DNA of 64,000 nucleotides from Eutreptiella sp. 'Long Island Sound 2002'. Its lineage: Eukaryota; Protista; Euglenida. Position numbers and translations under genes: made by a program. Under the pieces are notes generated by a model that saw only the letters and a list, made by a program, of their open reading frames with translations, was not told the DNA's origin and ran no database searches. The stretch covers positions 53,072,001 through 53,136,000 of the forward strand of contig OZ038378.1 in assembly GCA_964036045.1 (NCBI GenBank). Direction: 5' to 3'. This document shows, one piece after another, positions 21,491 through 34,800 of this stretch (its first letter is position 1; the number at the start of each line of letters is the position of its first letter).

Positions 21491-24400
21491 TTTTGTCATT
21501 GAAATTTAGTGTTGACGACTTGGGGCAGTAGACCTTCAAAGTGCCCTATTTCCCCTTCCAAAAACAATGCCCCATGGTTTTTTGCTTTAAAAGTAGTGGT
21601 TGCATGCAAAGCCCCAAATACCAGCTCTCACTGTGACCTCTTCTCGTCGCACTTCGTGTTGTCCACTTAGAGCACAGGACCTCTAAAGTGCACTTGACCA
21701 TCCACCCCAGAACAAGGCCAACTATTTTGGTTTTTAAACAATAGGGGTTCTATGTAAAGCCCCAAGTACTCGCTCTCACCAAAACTCTTTTTCATTGATA
21801 TTGGTGTTGTCTAGTTAGAGCGACGGACCTCTGAAGTGCGCTCCAACAGGGGCCAAACAAAAGAGTCCACTATTTTGACCTTTGACTAGGAGAGGTGGTT
21901 TGTCAAGCCCCAAGTACCCTGTCACTATCACTCTTTTTAATGGAAATTCGTGTTGTCTAGTTAGACCACCGAACCTCCGAAAGGCACTCCAGTATGCGCC
22001 CCAGAGAACGACCCCACAAATTTCATTTTTAGCATGCAGGGGTTCTATGCAAGGCTCCAAGAAAACGGGCCCACTAGACCTCCAAAATGCGCTCCGCTGT
22101 CGGCCCCAAGATGGGGCCCATTGTTTCATGCTTTTGAGAAGTAGGGGTTCTGTCTAAAGCCCCAAGAAACAGCTCTCAACGATGCCTTGTTTCATAGAAA
22201 TTGGAGTTGTCTCCTCAGTCTACTAGGCCTCCAAAGTGCGCTAGACCCAAAAAGGGGGCCCACTATTTCCGTTTTTTGACATGTAGGGGTTCTATGTAAA
22301 GCCCCAAGTACTACCTCGCAGCACAACACTTTTTGATCAAAACTCGTGTTGTGAATGTAGAGCATGGGACCTCCAAGGTGCGCTCGACTACCCGCCCCAA
22401 AGCAGGGGCCCGGTTTTTTAATTCTGAACAAATAGTGGTTCCATGTAAATACCCAAGTGCCAAGTCTCACCGTAACTCTTTGTCATTGGAATTCATGCAG
22501 TGAAGTTAGAGTTTTAGACTTCCAAAGTGCGCTTGACTATCCGCTCTAGAACAAGACCCCAATATTACACTTATTAACAACTAGGGCTTCCATGTAAAGC
22601 CCCAAAACCTACTTGTCAACTCAACTTGTCGTGTTGTCCGCCACGATCACAAGACACCCAGAGTGTGCTTTACCATCAACGCCAAAATAGGGGCCCACTT
22701 GTTTCATGTCTCCAAAAGTGGGGGTGCAATGTAGAGCCCCAAGTACCAGCTCTCGCCATAAACTTTTTTTCACAGAAGTGGGTGTTGGCTACTTAGAAAA
22801 GTGGACCACCCAAATGCGCTCCACTATGCGCCCGTGAAAAGAGGCCCATTGTTTTTGCTTTTATTCAATCGGGGTGCTATGCAAAACCCCAATTCATAAT
22901 TCTCAACACCTCCTTTTCATTGAACTTAGTGTGCTCTAGTGAGAGCACCGGAGCTTCGAATAGCGCTTCAAATTGCGCTCCACTATGAGCCTCAATACCG
23001 ACACGCACTGCTTATTTTTTTTACATGTAGGGGTTCTACGTACAGCTCCAAGTACGACTTTTCACCGTGACTATCTGTCATTGAAATTCATGTTATCAGC
23101 TTAGAGCACTAGAGCTCCAAAGGGCGCTAGACTAGCCGCCCTAGAACCGGCGCCTACCAAAAAGGGGGCCCATTGTTTCCTAGTTTAACAAGTCGGGGTT
23201 CAATCCAAAACTCCAACTACTACCTCCGCCCACGGCTTTTGTTCATTGGTGGTGTCTACTTAGAGCACTAGGCATCCACACTGCGCTCAACTGTCCGCTT
23301 CACAACACGGGCCCAATGATTCCGTTTTCAACAAGTAGGGGTGCTATGTAAGACCCCAAGAAGTAGATGTCACCGCAACCGTTTTTCATTTAAATCGTGT
23401 TGTCTTTTTGGAACAAAAGATGTCCAAAGCACGGTCAACCATCCGCCCAAAAATAGGGGCCCACTCTTTCATGAGGGATGCAAGAGGGGTTCTTTGTAAA
23501 GCCCTATATAATAACTCTCTCCATAGCTATTATTTTCGCTCGACCACCAACAAAAGCTCAACTACCCAGCCAAAAGACACTCAACTATCCACCCCAAAAC
23601 AATGGTCCACTGTTTCGGTTTTCATTTGGTGGGTGTCCTATGTAAAGCCCCAAGTGCTAGTTCTCACCGCAACCCTTTGTGATTGAACTTGGTGTTGTCT
23701 ACTTGGAGAACGCCTCCAAAGTGCGCTAAACCATCTGTCCTAAATAGGGGCCCACTTATTTGGTGCTTTTAGCACTGGGGGTTCTATGTAACTTCCCAAG
23801 TACTAACTTTCACCATAATCTTTATTCATTTGAAATTGACGTTGCCTTTTTGGAGCACTGTACCCCCTAATTGTGCTCCACGGTGCGCCTCGGAAATGGG
23901 CTGACTATTTTTGTCTTTATGAAGGAGGCGTTCTTTAAAAAAAAACCAAGTACTAAACTCCAACGATACCTATTTTGCGTTGAAATTGGTATGGTCTACT
24001 TACAGCACTAGAGCTCCAAACTGCCCTCCCCTACCCCGAAACGCCCGCCAATTGTTTCTCTCTATGTTAAGCCCCAAGTAGCAACCCTTTTTGGATTGAA
24101 TTTGGTGTTGTGTAGTTACAGCAGTGGACCCCAAGAGTGCCGTTAACCATCCACCCTTAAGAAGGGTCCCAGTATTTGGGTTTCAACAAAGAGGAATTCT
24201 ATGTAAAGCCCCAAGTACTGGCTCTCAGCGGCACTTTTTTTGAATGAAATTGGTATTGTCTACTTAGAGCACCTAACCGCCAAAGTGCGCTTGACTATCC
24301 GCCTCTGCACAAGGGCCCATTGTTTTATGTTTTCAGCGGTAGGGCTTGTATGCAAAATCCCAAACACCAGCTCTCGCCAGTGCCATGTTTTCATTGAAAT

Positions 24401-25896
24401 TGGTGTTTTCTACTTAGAGGCACAGACCTCCAAACTGCACCCCCTCGTCCGCCATAACGAAAATATCAAGCCGCAGCTACCCTCCCATCACACATTTTTG
24501 TCATCAAATTCACTGTCGTCTAGTTGGAGCACTGGACCTCAAAAAGGTACTCCACTATGCGCCCCACAAAACGCACGCACTTTTTTCATTGTTCAGAAGT
24601 AAGTCTTCTATGTAAAGCCCATAGTGCTAGCTGTCACCGTAACCTTTTTTCATTGAAAGTGGTGTTGTCTATGTAAAGCACTAGACCTCCAAAGTGCGCT
24701 CCACTATCGGCCGCAAAACACGGGCTCATTGTTCCAAGTTTTTTAAACAATAGGGGTTCTATGTAAAGCCCCAAATACCAGCTCTCACAAGAAATTTTCT
24801 CAATTAAATTGGTTTGGTCTACGTGAAGCACTAGACCTCCTAAGTGTGCGCGGGCATCCGCCGCAGATTGGTGCCCCACAATTGCCGTTTTCACCAAGTA
24901 GGAGTTCTATGTATAGCCCCTAGTATTACCTCGCACCGGGATCTATTTTGATTGAAATCGGTGTTGTCCACTTAATTGGACCTCCATAGTGCGCTTGACT
25001 ACCCGCCCCGAAATACGGGCACACTTTTCCCATTTTCACAAATAGGGGTTCTAGCTCGCCACGGTATCATTTTGTCATTGAAATTCATGCGGTGAATTCA
25101 CAGTCTTAGACGTTCAAAGTACGCTTCACTATCCCCCTTTGAAAACAGGCCCACTATTTTACTTTTTAACACGTAGAGCCTCCTTGTACACTCCCAAACC
25201 CCAGCTGTCAATCGAATTTTTTTGCATTGAAATTTGTTTTGGCTACTTACATCACTAGGCGTCGGAAGCGTGTTGTAGTACCCGCGGGAACATAGGGACC
25301 CACCTGCTTCATATTTTCACAAGTGGGGTATCTATGTAAAGCCTCAAGCACCACAACCCTTTTTTCATTGCAATTGGTGACGTGTACTTAGAGTAGTGGA
25401 CCTCCAAAATGCGCTCCACTATGCGCCCCGGAAAAGGGGCCCACTATTTTCGTTTTTATAAAGTAGGCGCTTGATCTAAAACCCCAAGAACTAGGTCTCA
25501 CCAGAACTATTTTTCATTGAAATTGGTGTGGTCTACTTAGAGCATTCTAGCTTCGAAGTGCCCTCCACTATCCGCCCAAAAACACGGGCCTATTGTTTCT
25601 CTCTAAGTAAAGCCCCAAGTAGCAACTGTCACCATAATTTTTTTCATTGAAATGGGTGTTGTCTAAATGGATCAGTGCACCTCAAAAGTGCGCTCGACCA
25701 TCCGCCCCAGATCAGGAGCCCACTCTTTCCGTTTTTAACAAGTAGGGGCTCTACGTAAAGTACTCATCGGAACCTTTTTTCATTGAAAACAATGTGTGCC
25801 CACCTATGGCCGCAGAAACAAGGCCCACTATTTCCATGTTTAACAAGTAAGGGTTCTATGTAAAGTTCCTTGTACTAGCTCAGCATAACATTTTGT

Positions 25897-28800
25897 CATT
25901 GAAATTTGATGTTGTCTATTTAGCGCACTAGACTTCCAAAGTGCGCTCTATTCCCGCCCCAAAAAAAGGCCCCATGGTTTCCTGCTTTAAAAGTAGTGCT
26001 TGTACGCAAAGCCCCAAATACGAGCTCTCACTAGGACCTTTTCTCCTTGCAATTCGTGTTGTCGATTTAGAGCACTTGGGCTCCAACGTGCACTTGACCA
26101 TCCACCCCAGAACAAGGCCAACTATTTCCGTTTTTAAACAATAGGGGTTCTATGTAAAGCCCCAAGTACTAGCTCTCACCAAAACTGTTTTTCATTGATA
26201 TTGGTGTTGTCTAGTTAGAGCAACGGACCTCTAAAGTGCGCTCCAACAAGGGCCAAACAAAAAGGCCCACTATTTTGACTTTTGACTAGGAGAGGTGGTA
26301 TGTCAAGCCCCAAGTACCCTGTCACCATCAATCTTTTTAATGGAAATTCGTGTTGTCTAGTTAGAGCATTAAACCTCCAAAAGGCAATCCAGTATGCGCC
26401 CCAGAGAACGACCCCACAAATTTCAGTTTTAGCATGTAGGGCTTCTATGCAAAGCCCCGGGAACAGCTCTCACCAAAACCTTTTTTCATTGAAATTGGTG
26501 TTGCCTACTTCAAGCACTAGACATCCAAAGTACACTCCACTCTCGGCTCCAAAATGGGGCCGCATCGTTTGATGCGTTTGATAAGTAGGGGCGTGGTGTA
26601 CAGCCCTAAGTACCAAGTCTCACCAGAGCCTTGTTTTATTGGAATTGGTGTTCTGTACTCGGAGTACTAGACCTCCAAGGTGCGCTCGGGCCTAGACGGG
26701 GGGTCCACTATTTCCATTTCTTCGCAAGATGGGGTTCCATGTAAAGCCCCAAGTACTACCTGCCACCACAACGCTTTTTGATTGATTGGTGTTGTCCACT
26801 AAGTGCTTTGGACCTCCAAAGTGTGCTCCACTATCCGCCCCAAAGCAACGGCCCACTTTTTCCCTGCTAACAAATGGTGGTTCTATGCACACACCGGAGT
26901 ACCAGCTCTCACCGTAACTCTTTGTCATTGAAATTTATGCAGTCAACTTAGAGTCTTAGGCGTCCAAAGTGTGCTTGACTATCGACCCTAGATACTTATT
27001 AATAAGTAGGGCTTCCATGTAAAGCCCCAAAACCTAGCTATGAGCCAAATTGTTTTTCATTGTGTTGTCCACCTAGATCATTGGATCTCCAAAGTGTGCT
27101 CTACTATTCGCGTCAAAAAAGGGGCCCACTTGTTTGATGTCTTCAAAAGTGGGGGTTCTATGTAGAGCCCCAACCAGCTCTCACTGTAACCTTTTTTCAT
27201 TGCAATTGGTGTTCCTTACTTACATAATCGAACCTCTAAAATGTGCTCCAATGTGTGCCTCGGGAAAGAAGCCCGGTATTTGGTTTTTATTAGGTAGGGG
27301 TTCTATCTTAAACCCCAATCACTAGCTCGCAGCACAACTCCCTTTCATTGAAATTGGTGTGGTATAGTGAGAGCACTAGAGCTTCAAAGTGCCCTCCACT
27401 ATCCGCCCCAAAACACGGGCCCATTGTGTGTGTGTGTTTCTCTCTAAGTAAAGCCCCAATGAGCAACTGTCGCCAAGTTTTTTTCATTGAAATTGGTGTT
27501 GTCTAAATGGATCAGTGCACCTCAAAAATGCGCTCGACGATCCGCCCGTGATCAGGGGCCCATTCCTTCCGTTTTCAACAAATAGGGGTTCTATGTGAAG
27601 TGCCAAGTACTAGCTCTCGCCGGAAATTCTTTTCAATGACATTGGTGTGCACTCCACAATGGGCCCTAGAACAAGGCCCACTGTTTCCATGTTTAACAAG
27701 CAAGGGTTCTATGTAAAGCCCTAGGTACTAGTTAACCATAACATTTTGTCATTGAAAATCGGTGTTGTCTATTTAGTGCACTAGGCCTTCAAAGTGCGCT
27801 CTATTCCCGCCCCAAAAAAAGGCCCCATGGTTTCCTGCTTTAAAAGTAGTGCTTGTATGCAAAGCCCCAAATACCAGCTCTCAGTAGGACCTTTTCTCCT
27901 TGCAATTCGTGTTGTCGATTTAGAGCACTTGGGCTCCAACGTGCACTTGACCATCCACCCCAGAACAAGGCCAACTATTTCCGTTTTTAAACAATAGGGG
28001 TTCTATGTAAAGCCCCAAGTACTAGCTCTCACCAAAACTGTTTTTCATTGATATTGGTGTTGTCTAGTTAGAGCAACGGACCTCTAAAGTGCGCTCCAAC
28101 AGGGGCCAAACAAAAAGGCCCACTATTTTGACTTTTGACTAGGAGAGGTGGTATGTCAAGCCCCAAGTACCCTGTCACCATCAATCTTTTTAATGGAAAT
28201 TCCTGGTGTTTAGTTAGACCATTAAACCTCCAAAAGGCAATCCAGTATGCGCCCTAGAACACGACCCCACAAATTTCATTTTTAGCATGCAGGGCTTCTA
28301 TGCAAAGCCCCGGGAACAGCTCTCACCAAAACCTTTTTTCATTGAAATTGGTGTTGCCTACTTCAAGCACTAGACATCCAAAGTACACTCCACTCTCGGC
28401 TCCAAAATGGGGCCGCATCGTTTGATGCGTTTGATAAGTAGGGGCGTGGTGTACAGCCCCAAGTACCAAGTCTCACCAGAGCCTTGTTTTATTGGAATTG
28501 GTGTTCTGTACTCGGAGTACTAGACCTCCAAGGTGCGCTCGGGCCTAGACGGGGGGTCCACTATTTCCATTTCTTCGCAAGATGGGGTTCCATGTAAAGC
28601 CCCAAGTACTACCTGCCACCACAACGCTTTTTGATTGATTGGTGTTGTCCACTAAGTGCTTTGGACCTCCAAAGTGTGCTCCACTATCCGCCCCAAAGCA
28701 ACGGCCCACTTTTTCCCTGCTAACAAATGGTGGTTCTATGCACACACCCGAGTACCAGCTCTCACCGTAACTCTTTGTCATTGAAATTTATGCAGTCAAC

Positions 28801-31800
28801 TTAGAGTCTTAGGCGTCCAAAGTGTGCTTGACTATCGACCCTAGATACTTATTAATAAGTAGGGCTTCCATGTAAAGCCCCAAAACCTAGCTATGAGCCA
28901 AATTGTTTTTCATTGTGTTGTCCACCTAGATCATTGGATCTCCAAAGTGTGCTCTACTATTCGCGTCAAAAAAGGGGCCCACTTGTTTGATGTCTTCAAA
29001 AGTGGGGGTTCTATGTAGAGCCCCAACCAGCTCTCACTGTAACCTTTTTTCATTGCAATTGGTGTTCCTTACTTACATAATCGAACCTCTAAAATGTGCT
29101 CCAATGTGTGCCTCGGGAAAGAAGCCCGGTATTTGGTTTTTATTAGGTAGGGGTTCTATCTTAAACCCCAATCACTAGCTCGCAGCACAACTCCCTTTCA
29201 TTGAAATTGGTGTGGTATAGTGAGAGCACTAGAGCTTCAAAGTGCCCTCCACTATCCGCCCCAAAACACGGGCCCATTGTGTGTGTGTGTTTCTCTCTAA
29301 GTAAAGCCCCAATGAGCAACTGTCGCCAAGTTTTTTTCATTGAAATTGGTGTTGTCTAAATGGATCAGTGCACCTCAAAAATGCGCTCGACGATCCGCCC
29401 GTGATCAGGGGCCCATTCCTTCCGTTTTCAACAAATAGGGGTTCTATGTGAAGTGCCAAGTACTAGCTCTCGCCGGAAATTCTTTTCAATGACATTGGTG
29501 TGCACTCCACAATGGGCCCTAGAACAAGGCCCACTGTTTCCATGTTTAACAAGCAAGGGTTCTATGTAAAGCCCTAGGTACTAGTTAACCATAACATTTT
29601 GTCATTGAAAATCGGTGTTGTCTATTTAGTGCACTAGGCCTTCAAAGTGCGCTCTATTCCCGCCCCAAAAAAAGGCCCCATGGTTTCCTGCTTTAAAAGT
29701 AGTGCTTGTATGCAAAGCCCCAAATACCAGCTCTCAGTAGGACCTTTTCTCCTTGCAATTCGTGTTGTCGATTTAGAGCACTTGGGCTCCAACGTGCACT
29801 TGACCATCCACCCCAGAAAAAGGCCAACTATTTCCGTTTTTAAACAATAGGGGTTCTATGTAAAGCCCCAAGTACTAGCTCTCACCAAAACTGTTTTTCA
29901 TTGATATTGGTGTTGTCTAGTTAGAGCAACGGACCTCTAAAGTGCGCTCCAACAGGGGCCAAACAAAAAGGCCCACTATTTTGACTTTTGACTAGGAGAG
30001 GTGGTATGTCAAGCCCCAAGTACCCTGTCACCATCAATCTTTTTAATGGAAATTCCTGGTGTTTAGTTAGACCATTAAACCTCCAAAAGGCAATCCAGTA
30101 TGCGCCCTAGAACACGACCCCACAAATTTCATTTTTAGCATGCAGGGCTTCTATGCAAAGCCCCGGGAACAGCTCTCACCAAAACCTTTTTTCATTGAAA
30201 TTGGTGTTGCCTACTTCAAGCACTAGACATCCAAAGTACACTCCACTCTCGGCTCCAAAATGGGGCCGCATCGTTTGATGCGTTTGATAAGTAGGGGCGT
30301 GGTGTACAGCCCCAAGTACCAAGTCTCACCAGAGCCTTGTTTTATTGGAATTGGTGTTCTCTACTCGGAGCACTAGACCTCCAAGGTGCGCTCGGGCCTA
30401 GACGGGGGGTCCACTATTTCCATTTCTTCGCAAGATGGGGTTCCATGTAAAGCCCCAAGTACTACCTGCCACCACAACACTTTTTGATTGATTGGTGTTG
30501 TCCACTAAGGGCTTTGGACGTCCAAAGTGTGCTCCACTATCCGCCCCAAAGCAACGGCCCACTTTTTCCATCCTAACAAATGGTGGTTCTATGCACACAC
30601 CCGAGTACCAGCTCTCACCGTAACTCTTTGTCATCGAAATTTATGCAGTCAACTTAGAGTCTTAGGCGTCCAAAGTGTGCTTGACTATCGACCCTAGATA
30701 CTTATTAATAAGTAGGGCTTCCATGTAAAGCCCCAAAACCTAGCTATGAGCCAAATTGTTTTTCATTGTGTTGTCCACCTAGATCATTGGATCTCCAAAG
30801 TGTGCTCTACTATTCGCGTCAAAAAAGGGGCCCACTTGTTTGATGTCTTCAAAAGTGGGGGTTCTATGTAGAGCCCCAACCAGCTCTCATTGTAACCTTT
30901 TTTCATTGCAATTGGTGTTCCTTACTTACATAATCGAACCTCTAAAATGTGCTCCAATGTGTGCCTCGGGAAAGAAGCCCGGTATTTGGTTTTTATTAGG
31001 TAGGGGTTCTATCATAAACCCCAATCACTAGCTCGCAGCACAACTCCCTTTCATTGAAATTGGTGTGGTATAGTGAGAGCACTAGAGCTTCAAAGTGCCC
31101 TCCACTATCCGCCCCAAAACACGGGCCCATTGTGTGTGTGTGTTCCTCTCTAAGTAGAGCCCCAAGTAGCAACTGTCGCCAAGTTTTTTTCATTGAAATT
31201 GGTGTTGTCTAAATGGATCAGTGCACCTCAAAAATGCGCTCGACGATCCGCCCGTGATCAGGGGCCCATTCCTTCCGTTTTCAACAAATAGGGGTTCTAT
31301 GTGAAGTGCCAAGTACCAGCTCTCGCCGGCAATTCTTTTCAATGACATTGGTGTGCACTCCACAATGGGCCCTAGAACAAGGCCCACTGTTTCCATGTTT
31401 AACAAGCAAGGGTTCTATGTAAAGCCCTGGGTACTAATTAACCATAACATTTTGTCATTGAAAATCGGTGTTGTCTATTTAGTGCACTAGGCCTTCAAAG
31501 TGCGCTCTATTCCCGCCCCAAAAAAAGGCCCCATGGTTTCCTGCTTTAAAAGTAGTATGCAAAGCCCCAAATACCAGCTCTCACTAGGACCTTTTCTCCT
31601 TGCAATTCGTGTTGTCGATTTAGAGCACTTGGGCTCCAACGTGCACTTGACCATCCACCCCAGAAAAAGGCCAACTATTTCCGTTTTTAAACAATAGGGG
31701 TTCTATGTAAAGCCCCAAGTACTAGCTCTCACCAAAACTGTTTTTCATTGATATTGGTGTTGTCTAGTTAGAGCAACGGACCTCTAAAGTGCGCTCCAAC

Positions 31801-34800
31801 AAGGGCCAAACAAAAAGGCCCACTATTTTGACTTTTGACTAGGAGAGGTGGTATGTCAAGCCCCAAGTACCCTGTCACCATCAATCTTTTTAATGGAAAT
31901 TCCTGTTGTCTAGTTAGACCATTCAACCTCCAAAAGGCAATCCAGTATGCGCCCTAGAGAACGACCCCACAAATTTCATTTTTAGCATGTAGGGCTTCTA
32001 TGCAAAGCCCCGGGAACAGCTCTCACCAAAACCTTTTTTCATTGAAATTGGTGTTGCCTACTTCAAGCACTAGACATCCAAAGTACACTCCACTCTCGGC
32101 TCCAAAATGGGGCCGCATCGTTTGATGCGTTTGATAAGTAGGGGCGTGGTGTACAGCCCCAAGTACCAAGTCTCACCAGAGCCTTGTTTTATTGGAATTG
32201 GTGTTCTCTACTCGGAGCACTAGACCTCCAAGGTGCGCTCGGGCCTAGACGGGGGGTCCACTATTTCCATTTCTTCGCAAGATGGGGTTCCATGTAAAGC
32301 CCCAAGTACTACCTGCCACCACAACACTTTTTGATTGATTGGTGTTGTCCACTAAGGGCTTTGGACGTCCAAAGTGTGCTCCACTATCCGCCCCAAAGCA
32401 ACGGCCCACTTTTTCCATCCTAACAAATGGTGGTTCTATGCACACACCCGAGTACCAGCTCTCACCGTAACTCTTTGTCATTGAAATTTATGTAGTCAAC
32501 TTAGAGTCTTAGGCGTCCAAAGTGTGCTTGACTATCGACCCTAGATACTTATTAATAAGTAGGGCTTCCATGTAAAGCCCCAAAACCTAGCTATGAGCCA
32601 AATTGTTTTTCATTGTGTTGTCCACCTAGATCATTGGATCTCCAAAGTGTGCTCTACTATTCGCGTCAAAAAAGGGGCCCACTTGTTTGATGTCTTCAAA
32701 AGTGGGGGTTCTATGTAGAGCCCCAACCAGCTCTCACTGTAACCTTTTTTCATTGCAATTGGTGTTCCTTACTTACATAATCGAACCTCTAAAATGTGCT
32801 CCAATGTGTGCCTCGGGAAAGAAGCCCGGTATTTGGTTTTTATTAGGTAGGGGTTCTATCTTAAACCCCAATCACTAGCTCGCAGCACAACTCCCTTTCA
32901 TTGAAATTGGTGTGGTATAGTGAGAGCACTAGAGCTTCAAAGTGCCCTCCACTATCCGCCCCAAAACACGGGCCCATTGTGTGTGTGTGTTCCTCTCTAA
33001 GTAGAGCCCCAAGTAGCAACTGTCGCCAAGTTTTTTTCATTGAAATTGGTGTTGTCTAAATGGATCAGTGCACCTCAAAAATGCGCTCGACGATCCGCCC
33101 GTGATCAGGGGCCCATTCCTTCCGTTTTCAACATATAGGGGTTCTATGTGAAGTGCCAAGTACCAGCTCTCGCCGGCAATTCTTTTCAATGACATTGGTG
33201 TGCACTCCACAATGGGCCCTAGAACAAGGCCCACTGTTTCCATGTTTAACAAGCAAGGGTTCTATGTAAAGCCCTAGGTACTAATTAACCATAACATTTT
33301 GTCATTGAAAATCGGTGTTGTCTATTTAGTGCACTAGGCCTTCAAAGTGCGCTCTATTCCCGCCCCAAAAAAAGGCCCCATGGTTTCCTGCTTTAAAAGT
33401 AGTATGCAAAGCCCCAAATACCAGCTCTCACTAGGACCTTTTCTCCTTGCAATTCGTGTTGTCGATTTAGAGCACTTGGGCTCCAACGTGCACTTGACCA
33501 TCCACCCCATAAAAAGGCCAACTATTTCCGTTTTTAAACAATTGGGGTTCTATGTAAAGCCCCAAGTACTAGCTCTCACCAAAACTGTTTTTCATTGATA
33601 TTGGTGTTGTCTAGTTAGAGCAACGGACCTCTAAAGTGCGCTCCAACAAGGGCCAAACAAAAAGGCTCACTATTTTGACTTTCGCTAGGAGAGGTGGTAT
33701 GTCAAGCCCCAAGTACCCTGTCACCATCAATCTTTTTAATGGAAATTCCTGTTGTCTAGTTAGACCATTCAACCTCCAAAAGGCAATCCAGTATGCGCCC
33801 TAGAGAACGACCCCACAAATTTCATTTTTAGCATGTAGGGCTTCTATGCAAAGCCCCGGGAACAGCTCTCACCAAAACCTTTTTTCATTGAAATTGGTGT
33901 TGCCTACTTCAAGCACTAGACATCCAAAGTACACTCCACTCTCGGCTCCAAAATGGGGCCGCATCGTTTGATGCGTTTGATAAGTAGGGGCGTGGTGTAC
34001 AGCCCCAAGTACCAAGTCTCACCAGAGCCTTGTTTTATTGGAATTGGTGTTCTCTACTCGGAGCACTAGACCTCCAAGGTGCGCTCGGGCCTAGACGGGG
34101 GGTCCACTATTTCCATTTCTTCGCAAGATGGAGTTCCATGTAAAGCCCCAAGTACTACCTGCCACCACAACACTTTTTGATTGATTGGTGTTGTCCACTA
34201 AGGGCTTTGGACGTCCAAAGTGTGCTCCACTATCCGCCCCAAAGCAACGGCCCACTTTTTCCATCCTAACAAATGGTGGTTCTATGCACACACCCGAGTA
34301 CCAGCTCTCACCGTAACTCTTTGTCATTGAAATTTATGTACTCAACTTAGAGTCTTAGGCGTCCAAAGTGTGCTTGACTATCGACCCTAGATACTTATTA
34401 ACAAGTAGGGCTTCCATGTAAAGCCCCAAAACCTGGCTATGAGCCAAATTGTTTTTCATTGTGTTGTCCACCTAGATCATTGGATCTCCAAAGTGTGCTC
34501 TACTATTCGCGTCAAAAAAGGGGCCCACTTGTTTGATGTCTTCAAAAGTGGGGGTTCTATGTAGAGCCCCAACCAGCTCTCACTGTAACCTTTTTTCATT
34601 GCAATTGGTGTTCCTTACTTACATAATCGAACCTCTAAAATGTGCTCCAATGTGTGCCTCGGGAAAGAAGCCCGGTATTTGGTTTTTATTAGGTAGGGGT
34701 TCTATCTTAAACCCCAATCACTAGCTCGCAGCACAACTCCCTTTCATTGAAATTGGTGTGGTATAGTGAGAGCACTAGAGCTTCAAAGTGCCCTCCACTA

